From Clostridiales bacterium (GTDB lineage Bacteria > Bacillota > Clostridia > Christensenellales > Borkfalkiaceae), in contig SVIK01000001.1 in the NCBI GenBank assembly GCA_015069525.1, positions 1 to 34,419 on the forward strand: a DNA stretch of 34,419 bases, written 5' to 3'. Shown here one piece after another: positions 1-7,570 of the stretch. Position 1 is the stretch's first letter. Every line of letters starts with the position of its first letter. The notes below the pieces were generated by a model, which did not search any database, was not told the origin of the DNA, and saw only the letters and a list, made by a program, of their open reading frames with translations. The translations under genes were made by a program, and so were the position numbers.

Positions 1-1197
1 AGCAAACCCCACGTTAACATTGGTACGATTGGCCACGTTGACCACGGTAAAACGACTTTGACCGCAGCTATCACGATGGTTATGGCTGCACGCGGTGGTG
101 CACAAAAGATGAAGTATGACGAAATCGATAAAGCACCCGAAGAAAGAGCACGTGGTATTACAATTAATACCGCACACGTTGAATATCAAACGGATGCTCG
201 TCACTATGCACACGTTGACTGCCCGGGTCACGCTGACTACGTTAAGAACATGATTACCGGTGCTGCTCAAATGGACGGTGCAATCCTTGTTTGCGCTGCT
301 ACGGACGGTCCTATGCCCCAAACGCGTGAACACATCCTTCTTGCTCGTCAAGTAGGCGTTCCTTATATTGTTGTATTCATGAACAAGTGCGACCTCGTAG
401 ACGACGAAGAACTTCTTGAACTCGTTGAAATGGACATCAGAGACTTGTTGTCCTCCTACGACTTCCCCGGCGACGATATCCCCGTTATCCGTGGTTCCGC
501 ATTGAAGGCACTTGAATGTGCATCTTCCGACAAGCCCGCTGCTGAAATCATTGCAGACCCTGCAGTTAAGCCCGTTCTTGACCTTATGGATGCAGTTGAC
601 AGCTATATTCCTACGCCTGCTCGTGAAGATTCCAAGCCTTTCCTTCTTCCTGTAGAAGACGTGTTCACGATTTCTGGTCGTGGTACGGTTGCTACCGGTC
701 GTGTAGAACGTGGTGTTGCTCACGTTGGTGACCCTGCTGAAGTTGTTGGTTTGGTTGACAAACCCGTTGGTACGGTTCTTACCGGTCTTGAAATGTTCCA
801 CAAGATGCTTGACGAAGCACAAGCTGGTGACAACGTTGGTGCGTTGCTTCGTGGTATCAACAGAACGGATATTCAAAAAGGTCAAGTTATCGCTAAACCC
901 GGCACGGTTAAGACGGGTACGGAATTCCTTGCTCAAGTATACGTTTTGACGAAGGATGAAGGTGGTCGTCATACGGCATTCTTCAACCATTACAGACCTC
1001 AATTCTTCGTACGTACGACGGACGTTACGGGTATGATTGAACTTCCCGAAGGCGTTGAAATGGTTATGCCTGGCGACAACATCGAAATGAAAGTCGTTCT
1101 TATTAAGCCCGTTGCTTTGGAAGAAGGTCTTCGTTTCGCTATCCGTGAAGGTGGTAGAACGGTTGGTTCCGGCGTTATCGCAAAAATCATTAAATAA
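1..1197 (+). CDS. tuf: Elongation factor Tu, 5' end cut by the window edge
   Basis: Frame 1 is open from base 1 ([20 protein letters not shown]...), upstream of the listed ORF 58..1197. Motifs seen: G1 GHVDHGKT, G3 DCPGH, G4 NKCD, C-terminal [12 protein letters not shown]. Stop TAA at 1195-1197. Confidence 0.97.
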   Translation, partial: SKPHVNIGTIGHVDHGKTTLTAAITMVMAARGGAQKMKYDEIDKAPEERARGITINTAHVEYQTDARHYAHVDCPGHADYVKNMITGAAQMDGAILVCAATDGPMPQTREHILLARQVGVPYIVVFMNKCDLVDDEELLELVEMDIRDLLSSYDFPGDDIPVIRGSALKALECASSDKPAAEIIADPAVKPVLDLMDAVDSYIPTPAREDSKPFLLPVEDVFTISGRGTVATGRVERGVAHVGDPAEVVGLVDKPVGTVLTGLEMFHKMLDEAQAGDNVGALLRGINRTDIQKGQVIAKPGTVKTGTEFLAQVYVLTKDEGGRHTAFFNHYRPQFFVRTTDVTGMIELPEGVEMVMPGDNIEMKVVLIKPVALEEGLRFAIREGGRTVGSGVIAKIIK

Positions 1198-1227
1198 TAG
1201 ATTTTTGATAGCCTAAAATTAAAAGCT

Positions 1228-1268
1228 ATAACGGCTCATCTGCGATTGGATGAGCCGTTATTATTTTA
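1228..1268 (+). terminator. Rho-independent terminator of tuf
   Basis: Perfect 13-bp stem ATAACGGCTCATC (1228-1240) / GATGAGCCGTTAT (1249-1261) with an 8-nt loop, followed by T-rich TATTTTAT. Confidence 0.8.
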
Positions 1269-1375
1269 TAGTCGTTATAAGAATTTTTACAAAAATTATA
1301 AATAAATATACTATTATATTTGAAAAGTAGTGATAAAATATTATATAGAAAAATAAATAAGGACTAAAAACAATT

Positions 1376-2680
1376 ATGAATAAACGTACACAGTTTGATT
1401 TTATTGCTTATATGACGCCACCGCCTGAGAATCCGCGTGGTGACGGAAGAAACGACGTTTCTATCGAGTGTCAAACGGACGAACATTATTCAAATATCGT
1501 TAAATGCGGTTTTAACGGTACGTCCGCCATTTACGAGTATGATGAAGCAGAGTATGAAAAAGCGCTTACTTTATGCGATAAATACGGCCTTACAATGCTT
1601 GTACGCGACCAAAAAGGCTTGGAACAATACGTTGTCAAAGAACTTTGCGTGACGGGTGAAACAGCGGAAGAATGGCTTGCTAAGAATGCAGAGGCCATGA
1701 AGAATCGTTTGGATTTATGCGCAAAACACCCTTCGTTTGCTGGCGTTTTAGCAGCTGACGAACCGCATACGGATAAATATCCGCATTTGAAAATTTTGCA
1801 AGACTGGTTTAACGAAAATTATCCTGGAAAGGAATTTGAAGTCAACCTGTTGCCTGATTACGCTTCTGCGGAACAACTTTTCAATGACGAGAAGGCGGAA
1901 TTTACCTATGAAAAGTATTTAGATGATTTCGTAGAGATTGTGAAGCCTGAATATTTGAGCTACGACCATTACGCATTGATAAAGGACAGGACGACTGGCG
2001 AGGAATATCTTCGTCCCTCCTATCTAAAAAATCTTGAATACTTCGCAAAAGCCTCAAAACGTATTGGAAAAGAGTTTAAAGTATTTCTTTTAACGCTTGG
2101 ACATTGGGATTTTAGAACGGTCACTACGTACGAAGAAATTGCATGGCAAGTGTATACGTCTATGGCTTACGGCGCATCGGGCGCGCAAACGTTCACCTAT
2201 TGGACGTCGCTTGAATACGAGCCGTATAACAATCCTGCAAACGTGACGACGGCGCTTGTTGGGCAAAAAGGCGAGCTTTTGCCTGCTTGGTATGCAATGC
2301 AGGAAACGATTGCAGAAGTGCGCTCTTTCGAAAAGGCGTATTTCAACTATCGTTGGGATAAATGTATTTACTTTTTGGCGGGAGAATCGAACAAATTAAC
2401 CGAGCCTTTGGATAAAAACACGGATGCGTGCTTGATAAAGGCAAAGACGACGGGCGACGTAGTTGTTGGATGTTTCACTAATGAAGCAAACAAGGCTTAC
2501 TTAATTTCCAACCTTACCGACCCGAAGGATAAGCTTTCCGCGAAAATACAGCTGTATTTTGATAAAGATTATTCCGTTATCGTATGGAAAGACGGTAAAA
2601 AGACGGAAACGAATACTAAAAATAAGGAATTATGCTTAGATATTCGTTGTGGATCGGGTGCTTTCATTGAAATTAAATAA
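1376..2680 (+). CDS. Uncharacterised TIM-barrel glycosidase-like protein without signal peptide (paralog 1 of 4 in this window)
   Basis: 434-aa ORF. It shares ordered blocks with ORFs 5649, 26017 and 33607: LAADEPH (DEP at nt 1757-1765), NLLP, LSYDHYAL, AYGASGAQTFTYW, and a C-terminal beta-sandwich-like tail ending GSGAFIEIK. The CDS itself is solid; the function is inferred only. Confidence 0.8.
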   Translation: MNKRTQFDFIAYMTPPPENPRGDGRNDVSIECQTDEHYSNIVKCGFNGTSAIYEYDEAEYEKALTLCDKYGLTMLVRDQKGLEQYVVKELCVTGETAEEWLAKNAEAMKNRLDLCAKHPSFAGVLAADEPHTDKYPHLKILQDWFNENYPGKEFEVNLLPDYASAEQLFNDEKAEFTYEKYLDDFVEIVKPEYLSYDHYALIKDRTTGEEYLRPSYLKNLEYFAKASKRIGKEFKVFLLTLGHWDFRTVTTYEEIAWQVYTSMAYGASGAQTFTYWTSLEYEPYNNPANVTTALVGQKGELLPAWYAMQETIAEVRSFEKAYFNYRWDKCIYFLAGESNKLTEPLDKNTDACLIKAKTTGDVVVGCFTNEANKAYLISNLTDPKDKLSAKIQLYFDKDYSVIVWKDGKKTETNTKNKELCLDIRCGSGAFIEIK

Positions 2681-2686
2681 AAAGAG

Positions 2687-2716
2687 AGCGGTTGTCGAAA
2701 GATAACCGCTTTTTTA
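2687..2716 (+). terminator. Rho-independent terminator
   Basis: Stem AGCGGTT (2687-2693) / AACCGCT (2704-2710) followed by a T-run to 2716. Confidence 0.65.
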
Positions 2717-2746
2717 CTGCAAAAGAGAATAAAAATGTGTAAATTC

Positions 2747-2775
2747 TTGCAAAAATAAGCGGAATATGCTATAAT
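2747..2775 (+). promoter_or_regulatory. Sigma-A type promoter for the CPBP gene
   Basis: TTGCAA (2747-2752), 17-nt spacer ending in TGC (extended -10), TATAAT (2770-2775). Confidence 0.55.
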
Positions 2776-2805
2776 TATATAAATATTTGTTATAAGGTGT
2801 AAAAC

Positions 2806-3642
2806 GTGGCGAAATCCTTAAAAAACAATTACATAAGGAAAGTTGTTATAGGCGTGATAATCCTCGTTTTTGGCGCGTTTATGGCGATTTTGGAGTGGTT
2901 TCCGTTGCCGTTTAGTAAAGACGTTTGGTATAACGCAATTTTCAATAAAACGCTACAACAAATAAGCGGAATTGTCGCAGGAGTGCTTTTTTTACAGTAT
3001 TTAAACGTAAAGCTGTTCAAAAAACCAACCAAATGGCTGTATCTTATTCCCTGTTTGCTAATTGCCGTCAATAACTTTCAATGGTGGTCTTATTTTAGTG
3101 GTTTGCAACGTTTTGTTCGTACAAACGCACTCGATTACGTAATATTTATTATATATTGTCTAAGTGTAGGGATGTTCGAGGAATTTATATTCCGTGGCGT
3201 CTTGTTTTCGGTGCTGGCGGGGTATTTCTCTAAAACAAAGAAGGGATTAATTGCAACGTTTGTCGTATCCTCGCTGTTGTTTGGTATAGCGCATTTATTC
3301 AATTTTAATATATTGCAGGTATTATATACGATATTAACGGGCGGATTGTTTGCGTTTACGTTGATTAAGACAAAGAATCTGCTTTGCTGTGGGCTTGTAC
3401 ACGCCGTATATAATATTTGTGGGTTAATTATGGATAGTCAGGCTTCGTTAGGGCTTGGGAGTGGCGCAATTATATTCAACGTGGGTACGGTATTGACGAT
3501 GGGGATTCCCGCTGTGATAATGGTGGCGTTTGTATTGTATTCCTTAATAAAATACCCCGAAGAAGAGCGAAAAACCTTATATGAAAGACTTGGCGTAAAC
3601 GAAAAGACTGAAAATACGGATAATACGGAAGAAAATCAATAA
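2806..3642 (+). CDS. CPBP (CAAX/Abi) family intramembrane metalloprotease
   Basis: GTG start 6 nt after AAGGTG (2794-2799). Polytopic membrane protein with the three CPBP motifs: EEFIFRG, FGIAHL, HAVYN. Confidence 0.85.
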   Translation: MAKSLKNNYIRKVVIGVIILVFGAFMAILEWFPLPFSKDVWYNAIFNKTLQQISGIVAGVLFLQYLNVKLFKKPTKWLYLIPCLLIAVNNFQWWSYFSGLQRFVRTNALDYVIFIIYCLSVGMFEEFIFRGVLFSVLAGYFSKTKKGLIATFVVSSLLFGIAHLFNFNILQVLYTILTGGLFAFTLIKTKNLLCCGLVHAVYNICGLIMDSQASLGLGSGAIIFNVGTVLTMGIPAVIMVAFVLYSLIKYPEEERKTLYERLGVNEKTENTDNTEENQ

Positions 3643-3709
3643 TAAGGATTAAAAATATATCTAAAAGCAAGAAATGACACTAAAAAGCGAAAAACAACGT
3701 TCAAAAGGG

Positions 3710-3748
3710 CGGAAAAACGGCAAAAAATGCCGTTTTTCCGTATTTTTT
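3710..3748 (+). terminator. Rho-independent terminator of the CPBP gene
   Basis: Stem CGGAAAAACGGCA (3710-3722) / TGCCGTTTTTCCG (3728-3740), loop AAAAA, then TATTTTTT. Confidence 0.8.
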
Positions 3749-3802
3749 ATGCCAAAACGCGTGAAGGATAGGGCAAATGCAAATATTCGCAAATATGAGT
3801 AG

Positions 3803-3882
3803 TATGTCTAACATAATACCTATGTCTGACATAAACGCCCCTATTTTTTACTACGTCTATCATAATACCTATGTTTGACATA
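3803..3882. repeat. Four 13-bp palindromes (consensus TATGTCTnACATA) arranged as two 31-bp direct repeats; operator-like
   Basis: A TATGTCTAACATA 3803-3815; B TATGTCTGACATA 3821-3833; C TACGTCTATCATA 3852-3864; D TATGTTTGACATA 3870-3882. A-B and C-D are both separated by ATACC (18-bp centre spacing). The A to C offset is 49 bp. Confidence 0.7.
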
Positions 3883-3915
3883 GGTAAAATCCCACAAAAA
3901 TCTGCTAAAAACGGC

Positions 3916-3943
3916 TTGACGCTTGTTTTTTATCTGTTATAAT
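3916..3943 (+). promoter_or_regulatory. Sigma-A type promoter driving the riboswitch
   Basis: TTGACG (3916-3921), 16-nt spacer with TGT directly before the -10 (extended -10), TATAAT (3938-3943). Confidence 0.6.
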
Positions 3944-3946
3944 GGG

Positions 3947-4087
3947 CGTACCATAAAGAGTGCGCGAGGGACAAGCCCGTTGACTGCACAGCAACCTACC
4001 GATAAGGCAAGGTGCTAAGGCTTGGAAGATGGGTTTATATCTGCGTGGAAACTCATCTTGCGATGGGTTCTTTTTTGCTCTTTTTTG
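3947..4087 (+). promoter_or_regulatory. SAM-I superfamily (S-box-like) riboswitch with a terminator/antiterminator expression platform
   Basis: Core elements in canonical order: AAGAG, GAGGGA (3966-3971), GCCC (3975-3978), GCAACC (3991-3996), GGUGCUAA (4011-4018), AGAUGG (4027-4032). Helices: P2 GUGC 3960-3963 / GCAC 3986-3989; P3 ACCU 3994-3997 / AGGU 4010-4013. P4 is almost absent and P1 has only about 4 bp (CCAU 3951-3954 / AUGG 4029-4032). An 11-bp antiterminator (4026-4036 / 4049-4059) competes with the terminator (4049-4057 / 4062-4069) plus U-tract (4071-4086). Confidence 0.6.
4049..4087 (+). terminator. Intrinsic terminator of the riboswitch expression platform
   Basis: AAACUCAUC / GAUGGGUU stem (8 bp including one GU), loop UUGC, then CUUUUUUGCUCUUUUUU. 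Confidence 0.75.
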
Positions 4088-4117
4088 GTGATAGTAGGGC
4101 AACTTTTTCGTTGTGTA

Positions 4118-4146
4118 TTGACAAAAGTGAGGACTTCTTATATAAT
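4118..4146 (+). promoter_or_regulatory. Consensus sigma-A promoter immediately upstream of the AlbA_2-type gene
   Basis: TTGACA (4118-4123), exactly 17-nt spacer, TATAAT (4141-4146). It lies 20 nt upstream of ATG 4166, with AAGAGGA at 4153-4159. Confidence 0.65.
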
Positions 4147-4165
4147 ATATATAAGAGGACGTCTT

Positions 4166-5551
4166 ATGATTGATTTAAAAAACGTAGAAAATTATCGTGA
4201 AAACAATCGAATAGAGGCAAAAAAAGCGCTTGGTGGGCTTCCAAAAAGTCTTTGGGAGACGTATTCTGCATTTGCGAACACGTACGGTGGCGTTATTTTA
4301 TTGGGCGTTAAAGAGGAAGCCGATAAAAGTTTGCACGCCGTACGTTTGCCCGACCCTGAAAAACTTTTGGCTGAGTTTTGGGGGATTATCAACGATAAAT
4401 CCAAGGTAAGCGTCAATATTCTCACGCAAAAGCAGGTGAAGATTGTGGGGGTTGGGGAAAATCGTTTTATCAGTATTCACGTCCCTCGGGCGAGCCGTTT
4501 TGACAAGCCTGTTTTTATTGGTAGCGACCCGTTTTTGGGCAGTTATCGTAGGACGGGTGAAGGAGATTATCGTTGTGAAGAGGAAGAGGTAAAAAGCATG
4601 ATTCGCGACGCTACGAAAGTAGCCGAAGATATGCGTCCGTTGCCCGATGGCGATTATCGCGAACTTGAAAAAAAGAGTATATCTTCCTATCGTCAAGCGG
4701 TGTTAAAAAACAGACCGTCAACTTTGTTGGCGCAGTTAAGTGAAGAGGATTTTTTATTCAAGACGGGCGTTATCGCACGGGAGAACACGGGAAAACTTCG
4801 TCCTACGAAAGCGGGACTTCTTATGTTGGGGCAATGGAAGAGTATTAAAGAACGTTTTCCTAATTTTAGATTGTTTTTTGAAACGCGCACAAACGAGGGA
4901 AAGACGAAAAAGGAATATCGTGAAAACGTATTTTCTTTTTTTAACCGTGTTAGCGAGGATTTTCGGGCAACGTTATTGGATGAAAACGCCTATCTTGCTT
5001 CGCTTGAAGCCTTGACGAATTGCCTTATCAACGCTGATTACAATGCAAAAAGCGGTATCTACGTGACCAATAAAAAATCGGGGCTTTCCTTTTCCAACCC
5101 AGGCGGATTCCGTATGTCGGTAGACCAAGCAAAGTCGGGCGGTGTTTCCGACCCTCGCAACTTGGGTTTGCTCCGCTTATTCTATTTTTTGGGAGCGGGA
5201 AGTGGTACGGGTAGCGGTATTCCAAGTGTCTTTGCTAATTGGTGCAAAAACGGACGAGGCATGCCCGTTATCCGTGAAAGTTTCCGCCCTGAGAGAGTAA
5301 ACGTGATTTTGCCTTACGCTATGGAAACGGGAAGAAAGAATTTGTTTAAGACAAAAGCGGGAAAACTCTCTTTTGGTGAAGAGGAAAAGAGGGTGATTAT
5401 AGAGTTTATTACCGAGCGTATCAGCGCTACGGTAGGTGAGATTTCATTGGCACTACATTTGCCGTCTGCGGAAATTAAGGAAATGCTTGAAAAGTTATTA
5501 GAAGACGGTGTTTTGAAAAAAGAGGGAAATGCCTACTCGTTAAAGAGCTGA
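4166..5551 (+). CDS. Schlafen/AlbA_2 domain plus HATPase_c_4-like plus C-terminal winged-helix protein (often annotated as putative DNA-binding or RecG-like ATP-binding regulator)
   Basis: Start moved from 4022 to ATG 4166 (RBS AAGAGGA; the upstream 48 codons overlap the riboswitch, terminator and promoter). N-terminus ENNRIEAKKALGGLPKSLWETYSAFANTYGGVILLGV is AlbA_2-like. Central block SNPGGF...SDPRN...GSGIPSV. C-terminal wHTH-like EEEKRVIIEFI...EMLEKLLEDGVLKKEGNAYSLK. Confidence 0.7.
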   Translation: MIDLKNVENYRENNRIEAKKALGGLPKSLWETYSAFANTYGGVILLGVKEEADKSLHAVRLPDPEKLLAEFWGIINDKSKVSVNILTQKQVKIVGVGENRFISIHVPRASRFDKPVFIGSDPFLGSYRRTGEGDYRCEEEEVKSMIRDATKVAEDMRPLPDGDYRELEKKSISSYRQAVLKNRPSTLLAQLSEEDFLFKTGVIARENTGKLRPTKAGLLMLGQWKSIKERFPNFRLFFETRTNEGKTKKEYRENVFSFFNRVSEDFRATLLDENAYLASLEALTNCLINADYNAKSGIYVTNKKSGLSFSNPGGFRMSVDQAKSGGVSDPRNLGLLRLFYFLGAGSGTGSGIPSVFANWCKNGRGMPVIRESFRPERVNVILPYAMETGRKNLFKTKAGKLSFGEEEKRVIIEFITERISATVGEISLALHLPSAEIKEMLEKLLEDGVLKKEGNAYSLKS

Positions 5552-5648
5552 AAATAGACTTTTTTACAAATTTATAGGATTAAATTACAAGAATAAACGA
5601 AAGAAATAATTTATTATTATATTAATAAATTAAGAGGGGAAACTATTT

Positions 5649-7142
5649 ATGAGATTAAAGAAGACGATTGCATTATGTTTGTCTATGTTGACGGCGTTTT
5701 CCTTTGTCGCTTGTGGCGTGAGTGAGGGTAAAAACGACGATAATTCGTCGCTTCAAGTGAATACGGGGAAAGCCTATGAAACAAGCGCAAACAACGACGT
5801 GGAGACGGGGAAGGCTCTTTCCACATCCGCGCGCTTGCGGAAAAAATACGGTTCTTATTGGACCCCGCAAACCGATTATAAAACGATGCCTATCGGCGCA
5901 TACAACGGTTTACCGCCGAGTGGTTCGCTTGGGTTTGATTATGATTACGAACAAGTATTAAGCGATTATAACGAGCTCGGCGTTAATTACTTGTTTGGCT
6001 TATATAATAGCGCAAACCAGAATCTTGAGCATGAAAAAACCACGTTATCGCTTTGTGATGAATATAATATATCCTATCTTTCCAAGTGGAACGCGTTGCA
6101 TTGGGAAACGGAAAGCAGTTTGCAAAATCAAAAGGCAATCTTGGAAGAGTTGACGAAATATGAAAGCTTTATGGGACCGATTATCGTTGACGAGCCTGGA
6201 AAAATGGCTTTCCAAGGTATGGCAACCGCCCGCGATGCGTTTGAGAAAGTGATTGGGGCAAACGCCAACGATTATTTGTATCACGTCAATCTTCTTCCCA
6301 ATTGGGCAGGGTGCGAGCCTTTGTACAATTTCCAAGCAAAAAATCCGGAAAGCGATTGGGACGTCTATAAAAATTATACCTATAATCAATATTTGACGGA
6401 TTATATGCAGATATACAATCCCCAAGTGCTCTCTTACGATTTCTATCCTATGGTGGGGGCGGAAAAGGAGCTCAAAGACGGGTATTTTGAAAATCTTTCC
6501 GTTATTCGTGAAAAGGCGTTGGAGGCGAATATTCCCTTCTGGACGTTTGTGCAAACGTGCGCGTGGGATTTTAATCAACGCTTGCCAAGCAAAGAAGAGT
6601 TGTTGTGGAACGTCAATACTTGTCTTGCTTACGGTGCGAAAGGGATAGAGTATTTTTGCGGTGTAGAGCCTTGGAATAGCACGAGTGCCGAACATTTCTC
6701 TGCTTCGCTTTTCTATAAAGACGGCAGTCACGTACCCGTTGTATACGATAGTGCGCTTCTTGCAAATAAGCAAATTCAAGCAATTGACGAAGTGTTGATG
6801 TGTTCTAAGAGTAAGGGTGTGATTTTCGTTGGCGATACTCCCGCGCTTTCAAACGGTACGAACAAGACGATGACGCCTTCTACGAGGGACGTGCTTAAAA
6901 GCTATAACGAATTGACTTCGGCGTCGGCGTTTCACGCGTTAATCGGTTGTTTCTATTACGAGGGAAAGACGGCGCTTTACGTTGTGAATAACTCGGTAAG
7001 CGAAGCGGATGCCGTGAATTTGCAATTTAATAAAGCTGTGCAAGGAACGTACACGCAAGGTGCAACGAAGAAGACTTTCTCGGGTGATACATTGCGATTG
7101 ACGTTGGAAGCGGGTGATGGAGTGCTCGTTGTGCTCGATTGA
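5649..7142 (+). CDS. Lipoprotein member of the uncharacterised TIM-barrel glycosidase-like family (paralog 2 of 4)
   Basis: RBS AGAGGGG. Signal peptide with lipobox FVAC (Cys22). Family blocks: IIVDEPG (DEP at nt 6189-6197), NLLPNW, LSYDFYPM, PFWTFVQT, AYGAKGIEYFCG, C-terminal LTLEAGDGVLVVLD. Confidence 0.8.
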   Translation: MRLKKTIALCLSMLTAFSFVACGVSEGKNDDNSSLQVNTGKAYETSANNDVETGKALSTSARLRKKYGSYWTPQTDYKTMPIGAYNGLPPSGSLGFDYDYEQVLSDYNELGVNYLFGLYNSANQNLEHEKTTLSLCDEYNISYLSKWNALHWETESSLQNQKAILEELTKYESFMGPIIVDEPGKMAFQGMATARDAFEKVIGANANDYLYHVNLLPNWAGCEPLYNFQAKNPESDWDVYKNYTYNQYLTDYMQIYNPQVLSYDFYPMVGAEKELKDGYFENLSVIREKALEANIPFWTFVQTCAWDFNQRLPSKEELLWNVNTCLAYGAKGIEYFCGVEPWNSTSAEHFSASLFYKDGSHVPVVYDSALLANKQIQAIDEVLMCSKSKGVIFVGDTPALSNGTNKTMTPSTRDVLKSYNELTSASAFHALIGCFYYEGKTALYVVNNSVSEADAVNLQFNKAVQGTYTQGATKKTFSGDTLRLTLEAGDGVLVVLD

Positions 7143-7156
7143 TAAAAACGCGCTTT

Positions 7157-7193
7157 ACAGCCGAACGGAAAACCGTTCGGCTGTATTTTTTTT
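7157..7193 (+). terminator. Rho-independent terminator
   Basis: Stem ACAGCCGAACGG (7157-7168) / CCGTTCGGCTGT (7173-7184), loop AAAA, then T-run 7186-7193. Confidence 0.85.
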
Positions 7194-7226
7194 GCGTATT
7201 TTTTAGGGCGAATATCCTAACGGATA

Positions 7227-7255
7227 TTGACATTATGCACATAGTATTGTATAAT
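7227..7255 (+). promoter_or_regulatory. Consensus sigma-A promoter; the -10 ends 6 nt before ATG 7262
   Basis: TTGACA (7227-7232), 17-nt spacer, TATAAT (7250-7255). There is no Shine-Dalgarno sequence between the -10 and the ATG. Confidence 0.6.
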
Positions 7256-7261
7256 AAACGT

Positions 7262-7570
7262 ATGTATAAGGTAAAAATAACGGCAATTAGAAAAACGGAA
7301 TATCCCGATTTGATGAAGAAATACGAAAACCCGATAGAACATACCTGTGATTTATCTATCGGGCAGAGTTTTATTTCGTCTGGGGAAAAACCGACGGGTT
7401 TTTGCGATAGCGCGTGGGAGAGCGTTGCACCGTTCGTGAAAACGCTTTGCGAGGGTGGCGGTAATTTTTACGACGGTTGGATGAAGAACCCTTATTCCGC
7501 CATGATATCTTGCAACGACGGCTTTCGTCCCGTTAGTTTTTATTTAGAAAGGGTTGAGGAGAATTCGTAA
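7262..7570 (+). CDS. TIGR04076 family protein (function unknown)
   Basis: Start moved to ATG 7262. MYKVKITAIRK...PIEHTCDL..GQSF...KPTGFCDSAW...GGGNFYDGWMK...ISCNDGFRPVSFYLERVEE matches my memory of the TIGR04076 pattern (about 100 aa, conserved Cys, GFC..AW, C.DG.RPV.F.LER). Confidence 0.7.
   Translation: MYKVKITAIRKTEYPDLMKKYENPIEHTCDLSIGQSFISSGEKPTGFCDSAWESVAPFVKTLCEGGGNFYDGWMKNPYSAMISCNDGFRPVSFYLERVEENS

Noticed and set aside
710-1190. Small ORFs 710-949 (+) and 999-1190 (-) inside tuf.
   Set aside because: They are alternative-frame or antisense ORFs within one of the most conserved genes known. Spurious.
3674-3802. 42-codon basic ORF (MTLKSEKQRSKGRKNGKKCRF...) between the CPBP gene and the palindrome array.
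   Set aside because: It has no RBS, runs straight through the CPBP terminator hairpin, and is below any size I can support without conservation data.
4022-4165. N-terminal 48 codons of the listed 509-aa ORF.
   Set aside because: This stretch overlaps the riboswitch 3' half, its terminator and a consensus promoter. A proper RBS plus ATG at 4166 gives the family-typical N-terminus.
6045-6779. 244-aa ORF on the minus strand inside the 5649-7142 gene.
   Set aside because: It is fully antisense to a well-supported CDS. Its translation is low-complexity and Arg/Ile/Phe-rich with no motifs and no RBS. It is a shadow ORF produced by the codon bias of the sense gene.
7157-7184. The terminator hairpins at 7157-7184 and 21029-21059 share the outer arms ACAGCCG...CGGCTGT, which raised the idea of a REP/MITE-like repeated element.
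   Set aside because: Only 7 bp per arm are shared, the inner stems and loops differ, and there are only two copies. Both sit exactly where gene terminators are expected, so this is probably coincidence.
7139-7261. N-terminal 41 codons of the listed ORF 7139-7570.
   Set aside because: This stretch spans the upstream terminator and promoter. The TIGR04076-like sequence starts at Met 42 (7262).
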